A DNA stretch of 64,000 nt. Origin: Candidatus Aldehydirespirator catecholifindens (GTDB lineage: Bacteria > Actinomycetota > Acidimicrobiia > Acidimicrobiales > Aldehydirespiratoraceae). The stretch spans positions 15,302 through 79,301 of the forward strand of contig JAPYNU010000065.1 in NCBI GenBank assembly GCA_028283245.1, given 5' to 3'. This document shows positions 57,241-64,000 of this stretch, one piece after another (positions within the stretch are counted from its first letter, which is position 1; every line of letters starts with the position of its first letter). The position numbers and the translations under genes were made by a program. Below the pieces are notes generated by a model. The model was given only the letters and a program-made list of their open reading frames with translations, ran no database searches and was not told the DNA's origin.

Positions 57241-58008
57241 ATGCGGATGCTTCTGCCAGAACTGTTGGCAGACATAGATCCGATGGAGATATATCCGTCG
57301 CTGCCTCGACCCAGGCCTGTGACTAGACCGTGGTTGATGATCAACATGATCTCATCAGCCGACGGTGCCAGCGCCATCAACGGAGTCAGCGGACCTCTAG
57401 GCAACCCTTCAGATCAGGCCGTCTTCTCGGCGGTGCGTGCCTGCGCCGACTGGATAGTCGCCGCTGCTGACACCATACGAATTGAGCGTTACCGGCTACC
57501 GCGGCCGTCTCAAACTGCTCGACGGGCTCGACTCGCAGCGGGCCGCTGCGAGCAGCCTGGACTGGCGGTAGTGAGCAGCAGCCTTGATCTTGCGCTTGAC
57601 CTGCCACTCTTTGCCGATCAACGCCCTGGGGATCACAAACCCTTGATCCTGACAGGTCAAGACGCTAAGCCAGAAGCTGTGCAGGCTATGGCCGGTGTGG
57701 CTGAAGTTGTGAGACTGGCCTCACCACAGCCTCAACCCGCTGAGATTTTGGCGGCTTTGAAGAACCGCGGCGCGAATGTGGTGTTGAGCGAAGGGGGGCC
57801 CTCGTTCAACGCACAGTTTGCCGACGCGGCGCTGATCGACGAACTCTGCCTGTCGGTAGCGCCACTGCTGGCAGGAGGCGCAAGCACAAGGATCGTGCAT
57901 GGTTCGCAACAGTTGCTGCCACTCAAACTGCACATTGATCATCTGCTTGAAGAAGACGACACGCTGTTCGTTCGCTACCTCTGCAAAGGTCGCCGCATTG
58001 CTAGCTGA
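57241..58008 (+). CDS. RibD C-terminal domain / dihydrofolate-reductase-like pyrimidine reductase family protein
   Basis: VLSEGGPSFNAQFADAALIDELCLSVAPLLAGG matches the RibD_C pattern. Confidence 0.65.
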   Translation: MRMLLPELLADIDPMEIYPSLPRPRPVTRPWLMINMISSADGASAINGVSGPLGNPSDQAVFSAVRACADWIVAAADTIRIERYRLPRPSQTARRARLAAGRCEQPGLAVVSSSLDLALDLPLFADQRPGDHKPLILTGQDAKPEAVQAMAGVAEVVRLASPQPQPAEILAALKNRGANVVLSEGGPSFNAQFADAALIDELCLSVAPLLAGGASTRIVHGSQQLLPLKLHIDHLLEEDDTLFVRYLCKGRRIAS

Positions 58009-58067
58009 GATCAGATGACACATCTGAAGCTTGGGGCCAACCCATAGAGCCGATGCTGAAGTGAGTC

Positions 58068-58475
58068 TCATGGCGAAACGACCTCGACTGACTCAGCCCC
58101 ATCGGGAACAGGCCACGCTTCAACCTCACCATAAGGCACTCGATCGGGTCGGCCCAAAAGCAAAGCGAGCACCAGTACAGATGCAGCGACCAGAGCCACC
58201 ATCAACCGGCGGCGGCGATACACAGACTGCGGCAGTCGCTCCAGCGAGCGTGAGGGCACACCTGGCGGATTGATGCTCTGTGCATAGGTGCCTGCAAAAG
58301 AGGCGGGCACGGAGTGCAGGCATTCGCGGTGATGCACCTTATGGGGATAGGAACTTCCGGGTGCAGGATGTGATGAACGCATGTTTGCAGCTTCGCGCAG
58401 GGGTATGACATTGAGATGCTTGACAACAAACGTCTGTTCTGAGAACATGTGTGCTGATTGAGCTGTAGACTTCAT
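58068..58475 (-). CDS. hypothetical small membrane protein divergent from lexA
   Basis: Strong RBS GGGAGGTG 5 nt upstream of the ATG at 58475. 135 aa with one TM helix (RRRRLMVALVAASVLVLALLLG) near the C-terminus. I recognise no domain. Confidence 0.5.
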   Translation of the reverse strand: MKSTAQSAHMFSEQTFVVKHLNVIPLREAANMRSSHPAPGSSYPHKVHHRECLHSVPASFAGTYAQSINPPGVPSRSLERLPQSVYRRRRLMVALVAASVLVLALLLGRPDRVPYGEVEAWPVPDGAESVEVVSP

Positions 58476-58536
58476 TCGAACACCTCCCTAACCGCCAATT
58501 TCTGTGTAGTTGACAGCTACAAGATGACAATATTAG

Positions 58537-58550
58537 CGAACTAACGTTTA
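58537..58550. promoter_or_regulatory. candidate LexA (SOS) box
   Basis: CGAACTAACGTTTA compares with the Gram-positive/actinobacterial consensus CGAAC-N4-GTTCG, with a perfect left half and a right half of GTTTA. It lies in the lexA / divergent-gene intergenic region, downstream of a TTGACA hexamer at 58510-58515. Confidence 0.45.
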
Positions 58551-58612
58551 TACTATATACTAGCAACACCAGTTCAACAACATCAGAAATCCTGACCAGA
58601 TCGGAGCAATCC

Positions 58613-59260
58613 ATGCCAAGAACCAGCAAACCCCTCAGCGCTAGGCGTCGACAGATACTCGACGCGATCATTGAGTTCCAGAAGGAGAACGGCTTCTCGC
58701 CGTCAATGCGTGAGGTCGCCGCAACGGTCGGCCTGAAATCTCCAGCTTCGATCAAAGCCCATCTCGGGGTGCTCCATGAGGCTGGCTACGTGCGGGTTGA
58801 CCCGATCCGACCACGAGCTATCGAAGTGCGCTACGACGAGAACTCAGGTGCTGCGGTTGAGCGCAGTCCAGTGCGACATGTGCCACTGGTCGGCTCTGTG
58901 GCTGCTGGCACGGGGGTCCTAGGCGCAGAGAATGTGGAGGAACTGGTGCCGGTGCCAGCGAACCTCGCTGGCGAAGGCGAACTCTTCATGCTGCAAGTGC
59001 GAGGCACCTCAATGATCGACGCTGGCATATTCCATAACGATTACGTGGTATGCCGAGCGCAAAGCACCGCCGATGATGGTGATCTTGTTGTGGCAGGCAT
59101 CGAGGACGGACAAGAAGCCACCGTCAAGAGGCTGCGTTATCGTTCAGGGCCGAGATCGATCGTGCTCGAACCCGCTAATGAGCTATACCGCCCCATGGAG
59201 TATGGTGCCGACGAAGTGACCATCTACGGCAAAGTGGTCACCATGATCCGCCGCTACTGA
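58613..59260 (+). CDS. lexA: LexA repressor
   Basis: Winged-helix N-terminus LSARRRQILDAIIEFQKENGFSPSMREVA, cleavage region VAAG, and the Ser/Lys dyad context GTSM ... VKRL. Confidence 0.95.
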   Translation: MPRTSKPLSARRRQILDAIIEFQKENGFSPSMREVAATVGLKSPASIKAHLGVLHEAGYVRVDPIRPRAIEVRYDENSGAAVERSPVRHVPLVGSVAAGTGVLGAENVEELVPVPANLAGEGELFMLQVRGTSMIDAGIFHNDYVVCRAQSTADDGDLVVAGIEDGQEATVKRLRYRSGPRSIVLEPANELYRPMEYGADEVTIYGKVVTMIRRY

Positions 59261-59370
59261 AGCCTCTCTGCGCTTTGCGCGGCCTCAGGCGCAGCAATCT
59301 CAGGTGTCGGGTCTGGGGCTTTGAGCGCTGAGGATGCTGCCTGGCTAGATCTGCTGGCTAGGTCTACCGG

Positions 59371-60540
59371 CTAGACGATTGTGGTGAGAAGCGCTTTAAG
59401 AGAGTCATAGACCGCGTTCAAATCAGACCGATCAACGCGTTCGGCAGCCGCGTGAGCTAACAACGGATCACCAGGGCCAAAATTTGATGCAGGCACACCG
59501 CGAGCCGAGAAAAACGCTGCGTCTGTCCAACCTAGTTTTGCTCGCGCTGGCGCGCCCGAGCGGCGCACTAACTCAACCAGCAGCGGATCAGACAACCCAG
59601 GTGCAGCCCCAGGCGCAGCATCAACAACTTCAACACTGTCACCATCTTCAAGCACCTCATCAAGCACTTCGTGGATGTGTTGCGTGGCAGCAGCCAAGCT
59701 GCGATCAGGTGCGAAACGGTGATTGAGTGTCAGCGTCGCTTCGTCGGGCACAACATTGCCTGCCACTCCCCCACTGACAGACACTGCTTCTAGCCCTTCG
59801 CGATATTCGCAGCCCTCCACCACAGGCCTACGAGGCTGATACGCGCCAGCCAGCGCCAGAACCGCCGCCAAACGATGTATAGCGTTGCGGCCCATCCAGC
59901 CTCGCGCCGAATGCGCCCGCTCACCGCGCAGAGTCACCTTGAAGCGCATGGTGCCTTGGCAACCAGCTTCCACCACAGCGTTGGTCGGCTCACCCAGCAA
60001 CGCAACGTCAGCATGCAGCAGATCACCACGGACAGCGGCCACTTCCAACAGGCCGTTGTCAGCCGCACCAACCTCTTCGCGGGCGTAGAACACATACGTC
60101 ACATCAAAAGCGGGAGTAGCCACTGTGCGTGCCAGTTCAAGCATCACCGCCACCCCTCCCTTCATGTCAACTGAACCCAGCCCCCACAACACGTCACCTT
60201 CGATGCGAGCTTCAGCGTTGTTGTTGGCTGGCACTGTGTCAGTGTGACCAGCCAGCAGGATGCGCCGAGTACTGCCGAGACGTGTGCGAGCCACGAGATT
60301 GTCGCCGATACGCTCAACTTCAAGATGTGACACCCTGCGAAGCTCGGCTTCGATCAGGTCAGTGATGCGCTGCTCTTTGAAGCTCTCAGACGCAACGTCA
60401 ACCAGCGCAGCCGTCAAAGCGAGGAGGTCGCCACTGGGCAGAGAGGTAGAAGGCATAGAGGTAGCGGGCAGAGGAGTAGAAAGCATAGAGGTAGCGGGCA
60501 GAGGAGTAGAAGGCAGAGGAGTAGAGGGCAGAGTGGACAT
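59371..60540 (-). CDS. dapE: succinyl-diaminopimelate desuccinylase (M20 peptidase) with a repeat-encoded N-terminal extension
   Basis: LLAGHTDTVP and the M20 catalytic and dimerisation domains. Adjacent to dapD and dapC. The true start may be an internal Met, because the first ~35 codons are a 15-bp tandem repeat. Confidence 0.85.
   Translation of the reverse strand: MSTLPSTPLPSTPLPATSMLSTPLPATSMPSTSLPSGDLLALTAALVDVASESFKEQRITDLIEAELRRVSHLEVERIGDNLVARTRLGSTRRILLAGHTDTVPANNNAEARIEGDVLWGLGSVDMKGGVAVMLELARTVATPAFDVTYVFYAREEVGAADNGLLEVAAVRGDLLHADVALLGEPTNAVVEAGCQGTMRFKVTLRGERAHSARGWMGRNAIHRLAAVLALAGAYQPRRPVVEGCEYREGLEAVSVSGGVAGNVVPDEATLTLNHRFAPDRSLAAATQHIHEVLDEVLEDGDSVEVVDAAPGAAPGLSDPLLVELVRRSGAPARAKLGWTDAAFFSARGVPASNFGPGDPLLAHAAAERVDRSDLNAVYDSLKALLTTIV
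60437..60540 (-). repeat. seven tandem 15-bp units (nested 30-bp duplication) at the 5' end of dapE
   Basis: On the plus strand: GGCAGAGAGGTAGAA / GGCATAGAGGTAGCG / GGCAGAGGAGTAGAA / AGCATAGAGGTAGCG / GGCAGAGGAGTAGAA / GGCAGAGGAGTAGAG / GGCAGAGTGGACAT. The segments 60453-60482 and 60483-60512 differ at one base. The units encode the pentapeptides STLPS TPLPS TPLPA TSMLS TPLPA TSMPS TSLPS. Confidence 0.9.
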
Positions 60541-60566
60541 AACAGAGATGATAGAAATTGAAATGG

Positions 60567-61442
60567 TCAGGCCGTGGCACCGTGATCACGCAGGATCTGG
60601 TTGAGCGCCGACTTGTCGTGACGTTCGCCCTCGTTGAGTTGTTTGATCACCAGAACTGCTGGCAGTCCGAACTCGCCGCCAGCGAACTCGCGCCGTCGTG
60701 TGCCAGCTACCGCCACTGACCACGCTGGCACCTCACCACGGCTCAGCTCAACACCGCTTTCAACATCAATCACCGGTATCGAACCGGTCAAGATCGCTCC
60801 GGCACCTAGCACGGTGCCTCGGCCGACCCGTGCGCCCTCAGCAACGATGCAGCGGCTGCCGATAAGGCACTCATCCTCAACAATCACCGGTTGCGCCACA
60901 GCAGGCTCGAGCACGCCGCCTATCCCGACCCCACCCGACAAGTGAACGTTGGCACCAATCTGAGCGCATGACCCGACCGTGGCCCAAGTGTCAACCATGG
61001 TGTTGGCACCCACATGAGCACCAATATTGGTGTAGCTGGGCATCATGATCACGCCTGGGCCTTGATAACTGCCCCAACGCGCCGAAGCTCCCGGCACTAC
61101 GCGCACACCACGCGCCGCGTAATCGGTTTTGAGCGGGATCTTGTCGGCGAACTCAAAAGGTCCAAGCTCTGTGGTGCTCATTTGAGCTGTCGCAAAAAGC
61201 AGCAGGATCGCCTGCTTGCACCATTGATTAACGGTGACGCTGCCATCAGTGTTGATTTCAGCCACACGCGCCTCGCCAGTATCAAGAGCATCAATGGCTT
61301 GATGGATCGTCGCTGTCGTTTCGGGATCGGACGCGTCCAGACTGGAACGCGCTTCCCAGAGTTCTTCAATACGAGACGCTAACGAAGCGAAGCGTGTTGC
61401 TGAAGAAGTTTCATCTATGGACACGATCTTGAGACTACTCAC
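60567..61442 (-). CDS. dapD: 2,3,4,5-tetrahydropyridine-2,6-dicarboxylate N-succinyltransferase
   Basis: Hexapeptide-repeat core NIGAHVGANTMVDTWATVGSCAQIGANVHLSGGVGIGGVLEP, characteristic of DapD. Confidence 0.9.
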   Translation of the reverse strand: MSSLKIVSIDETSSATRFASLASRIEELWEARSSLDASDPETTATIHQAIDALDTGEARVAEINTDGSVTVNQWCKQAILLLFATAQMSTTELGPFEFADKIPLKTDYAARGVRVVPGASARWGSYQGPGVIMMPSYTNIGAHVGANTMVDTWATVGSCAQIGANVHLSGGVGIGGVLEPAVAQPVIVEDECLIGSRCIVAEGARVGRGTVLGAGAILTGSIPVIDVESGVELSRGEVPAWSVAVAGTRRREFAGGEFGLPAVLVIKQLNEGERHDKSALNQILRDHGATA

Positions 61443-62634
61443 CCGAAACTGCTGCGAGTCGCTGCTTCACAAGTTGAAGGCGGTCACTGGGTTGCACAGC
61501 CGCAATACGCACATACTTGCAAGGATCAGGCGACCCAACACCTTCCGCGGTTTGGGATTGATTGATCTTTGTGCTATCGGCCATATAAAACTCGCCGGGG
61601 CTCACGATCAGACCACAACGTCTAGCCAATAAATCCGCGAAAGCCCATGCGTCTCCGTTCGGCGCAGTAGCCCAAAGATAAAAAGCTCCAGCCGGAAGCG
61701 AGGCTTGGGCTCCCGCCTGCACGGCAATCTCAACGAGCTGCTCAAGACGCTTCCGATAGCGAGCCGCTTGCTCGGTGACGTGATCCTGCTCAGCCCAGGC
61801 CACTGTCGCTGCTGCCTGCACCGGTCCAGGAACCATGCAGCCTGCGTGTTTGCGGCATTCACTGAGGTATTTGACCAGATCAGCGTCACCTGCGTAGAAA
61901 CCGGCGCGGACACCAGCCAGGTTTGAACGTTTCGACAGCGAATGCAGCGCCAGCACGCCGTCTGTGCCGTGCTCAACGATGCTGCGCGGCTTGTCGTCCC
62001 AGGTGAACTCGGCGTAACACTCGTCGCTTGCTACCAGCACCCCGTGGCGACGCCCCCAAGCAGCGACCGCTGCCAGATCCTCAAGCCCGCCCGCGGGATT
62101 GCCGGGAGAGTTAACCCACAAACACAGAGCCCGCTCACGGTCCGACGCGGCGATGGAGTCAAGATCAAGACAGAAACGGTGATCCACCGGCACCGCCACG
62201 CCACGGCAGCCAGCCAGAGACGCTCCCATGGCATAGGACGGGTATGACACTGCGGGATACAGCACCGTGTCAAGATGAGGCCAGCGCAGCTTCAGGTAAT
62301 GCGGCAGCGACGCAACGAACTCTTTGCTGCCGATACAGGCCGCCAACTCGGTTTCGGTGTCTACATGCACACCGAAACGGTGCTGTAACCATCCGGCGGC
62401 GGCTTCACGAAAGGCGACGCTGCCAGCCGAAGCCGGATAGCCGCGTTCGCTGTCTGATGTGCCTAACACAGCGACTACCTGCGGTGGCGGCGGATCGCAG
62501 GGAGTGCCGATCGAGCAGTCGATCATGCCGCCGGGCAGACCGGCTGCTTGAGCTTTCAGAGAGGCGAGACGCTCATAGGGATACACCGGCGGCACGAAAC
62601 CCGTAACCGACTCACTATTCATCATGATCGCCAC
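61435..62634 (-). CDS. dapC: class I/II aminotransferase, likely succinyldiaminopimelate transaminase
   Basis: PLP-lysine region SLSKRSNLAGVRAG, 399 aa. It overlaps dapD by 8 nt. The functional call rests on gene context. Confidence 0.6.
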   Translation of the reverse strand: MAIMMNSESVTGFVPPVYPYERLASLKAQAAGLPGGMIDCSIGTPCDPPPPQVVAVLGTSDSERGYPASAGSVAFREAAAGWLQHRFGVHVDTETELAACIGSKEFVASLPHYLKLRWPHLDTVLYPAVSYPSYAMGASLAGCRGVAVPVDHRFCLDLDSIAASDRERALCLWVNSPGNPAGGLEDLAAVAAWGRRHGVLVASDECYAEFTWDDKPRSIVEHGTDGVLALHSLSKRSNLAGVRAGFYAGDADLVKYLSECRKHAGCMVPGPVQAAATVAWAEQDHVTEQAARYRKRLEQLVEIAVQAGAQASLPAGAFYLWATAPNGDAWAFADLLARRCGLIVSPGEFYMADSTKINQSQTAEGVGSPDPCKYVRIAAVQPSDRLQLVKQRLAAVSGE

Positions 62635-62643
62635 GCTATGTGT

Positions 62644-64000
62644 TCACTGCTCATCATTATCGTTTTTGTCGCTGTTGTCGCTACTGGGTGCTTGTGAGTT
62701 GTTCACCAGATAGGGCCTCAGTGCTCCCATCGAACTCCGATCCAGACGCGCACGCACTCTCATGCCCTGCTCGGTGGCCTCAGAAGCGAGCATCTGGCCT
62801 TCACGGTGCACTCCTGCCAGCACATCACCACGATCCCATGGCACTACTAGCTCCACTTCGTCGGTGGTTCGCCGCAGACGGTCACCGATCACGCCAAGTA
62901 GTTCCGCTACTCCATCGCCGGTAGAAGCCGATACAGCCACCGATCCCTCAAAGCGCTGAGTCAAGCGACTTGCCCCAGACCCCAGATCACTTTTGTTGAA
63001 CACCATCAACTCAGCGATGTGGTCGGCATTGATTGCGGTTAGCACTGACCGAACGGCTGCGATAGCTGCTTCAGGGTCGGGGCCTGCACCGTCCACCACA
63101 TGCACTAAAAGATCGGCGTCTCGCACCACATCAAGCGTGGTCTTGAAAGCCTCCACCAGATGGTGAGGCAACTTGCGCACGAAACCAACAGTGTCAGTTA
63201 GATACACCGTCTCACCACCGGGCAAACCTAGACGTCTGGTGGTGGGGTCAACCGTGGCGAAGAGTCGATCCTCTACTGTCGCATCAGCCGCGGTCAGCCG
63301 GTTGAGAAGCGACGATTTGCCTGCGTTGGTGTAGCCAACAATCGCTGCGCAATGGTTGCGGGTGCGTCGCCGGGCTTTTGACTGGGTGCGGCGATGGCCA
63401 GCGATGCGGCGCAGATCACCTTCAAGTTTGTGGATGCGTCGTTGCAGGCGGCGTCGGTCGACTTCAAGCTGGGTTTCGCCGGGGCCTCGTGTGCCGATAC
63501 CGCCTGCCTGCTGCGAAAGACGGTTGCCAGCACCGCGCAGACGCGGCAGCAGATAGCGCAGCTGAGCCAGTTCGACCTGAGCTTTGCCTTCAGGGGTGCG
63601 AGCGTTCTGAGCGAAAATATCAAGGATCACTGCGGTGCGATCCAATGCGGTTCGCCCAAGGATTTTCTCTAAGTTGAACTGCTGAGCCGGGCTGAGTTCA
63701 TCGTCGAACACCACCGTGTCGCAGTCAACTGCTTCGGCGATGGCTCGGATCTCACGGGCTTTGCCAGCACCCACGAAAGTGGCAGGATCAGGGGCAGGCC
63801 GTCGTTGACACACACGCTCCACAGCATCGGCACCAGCCGTGTCAACCAGCAGGCTTAACTCGTCAAGGGAGGCATCGGTTGCGGTGGCGTTGCCGTCTGA
63901 GCGCACCATGCCCACCAGCACGATCCGTTCACGAAAAGCGCGATCTATGAGGCCCGAGCCGTCACCGCCGAATTCGCCGAAACCACCTCGATGTGTGTCG
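62644..64000 (-). CDS. hflX: GTPase HflX, partial (N-terminus beyond the right edge)
   Basis: G1 motif GYTNAGKSSLLNRL, G3 motif DTVGF, NKSD. The reading frame stays open upstream of the listed start at 63921 all the way to base 64000 (...GLIDRAFRERIVLVGM), so the true start is probably outside the window. Confidence 0.9.
   Translation of the reverse strand, partial: DTHRGGFGEFGGDGSGLIDRAFRERIVLVGMVRSDGNATATDASLDELSLLVDTAGADAVERVCQRRPAPDPATFVGAGKAREIRAIAEAVDCDTVVFDDELSPAQQFNLEKILGRTALDRTAVILDIFAQNARTPEGKAQVELAQLRYLLPRLRGAGNRLSQQAGGIGTRGPGETQLEVDRRRLQRRIHKLEGDLRRIAGHRRTQSKARRRTRNHCAAIVGYTNAGKSSLLNRLTAADATVEDRLFATVDPTTRRLGLPGGETVYLTDTVGFVRKLPHHLVEAFKTTLDVVRDADLLVHVVDGAGPDPEAAIAAVRSVLTAINADHIAELMVFNKSDLGSGASRLTQRFEGSVAVSASTGDGVAELLGVIGDRLRRTTDEVELVVPWDRGDVLAGVHREGQMLASEATEQGMRVRARLDRSSMGALRPYLVNNSQAPSSDNSDKNDNDEQ

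Noticed and set aside
58436-58456. GTTCTGAGAAC / GAACATGTGTGC near the 5' end of the lexA-divergent gene, considered as a second SOS box.
   Set aside because: The half-site orientation is inverted (GTTC..GAAC) or there are two mismatches in the right half. It also lies inside the coding sequence. It is weaker than the 58537-58550 site.

Overview
This is a high-GC, gene-dense chromosomal segment with about 60 protein genes and 4 tRNAs. It looks actinobacterial. The gene orders rsmI-metG-tatD-rpf-like-rsmA, phoH-ybeY-CBS/CorC-era-uppS-recO, dnaG followed by tRNA-Asn, and hflX near lexA match arrangements I know from Actinobacteria. I cannot assign a genus.

Main blocks:
1. 1-7.4 kb: DEAD-box helicase (partial), adenosine deaminase, a large secreted M16 peptidase with SLH-like repeats, upp, and a 2-hydroxyacid dehydrogenase.
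2. 7.5-22.2 kb: a minus-strand myo-inositol catabolic cluster (iolE, ABC importer, iolC, iolD, iolG, iolB, class I aldolase, extra oxidoreductases) with a divergent LacI-family regulator.
3. 22.2-28.0 kb: a co-directional block of ABC-2 exporter, SRPBCC, TetR, 2-hydroxyacid dehydrogenase, and a desaturase-Rieske fusion.
4. 28.1-29.4 kb: a tiny accessory patch (hsdM-like remnant, frameshifted HEPN, intact MNT) abutting tRNA-Asn.
5. 29.5-46 kb: housekeeping genes (dnaG, glyQS, recO, uppS, era, ybeY, phoH, three tRNAs, rsmA, rpf-like, tatD, metG, rsmI, ychF), interrupted by a lone NYN-domain gene next to tRNA-Lys.
6. 46.7-52.3 kb: a BMP-family (nucleoside-type) ABC importer.
7. 52.4-64 kb: PhyH-like dioxygenase, lgt, acyl-CoA dehydrogenase, YihY, RibD_C-like reductase, lexA with a divergent small membrane protein, dapE-dapD-dapC, and hflX (partial).

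I do not see a clear multi-gene novel system. The items most worth follow-up are:
- the desaturase-Rieske fusion and its operon;
- a sugar permease with a very large internal multi-helix insertion;
- the decayed R-M/HEPN-MNT patch;
- the NYN gene beside tRNA-Lys;
- an unannotated 29-aa basic ORF (bL37-like);
- several short tandem repeats (35-bp and 31-bp units flanking glyQS, and a 15-bp unit at the dapE 5' end);
- a candidate SOS-controlled gene divergent from lexA.

All calls come from reading the translations and sequence by eye. No database search was run.
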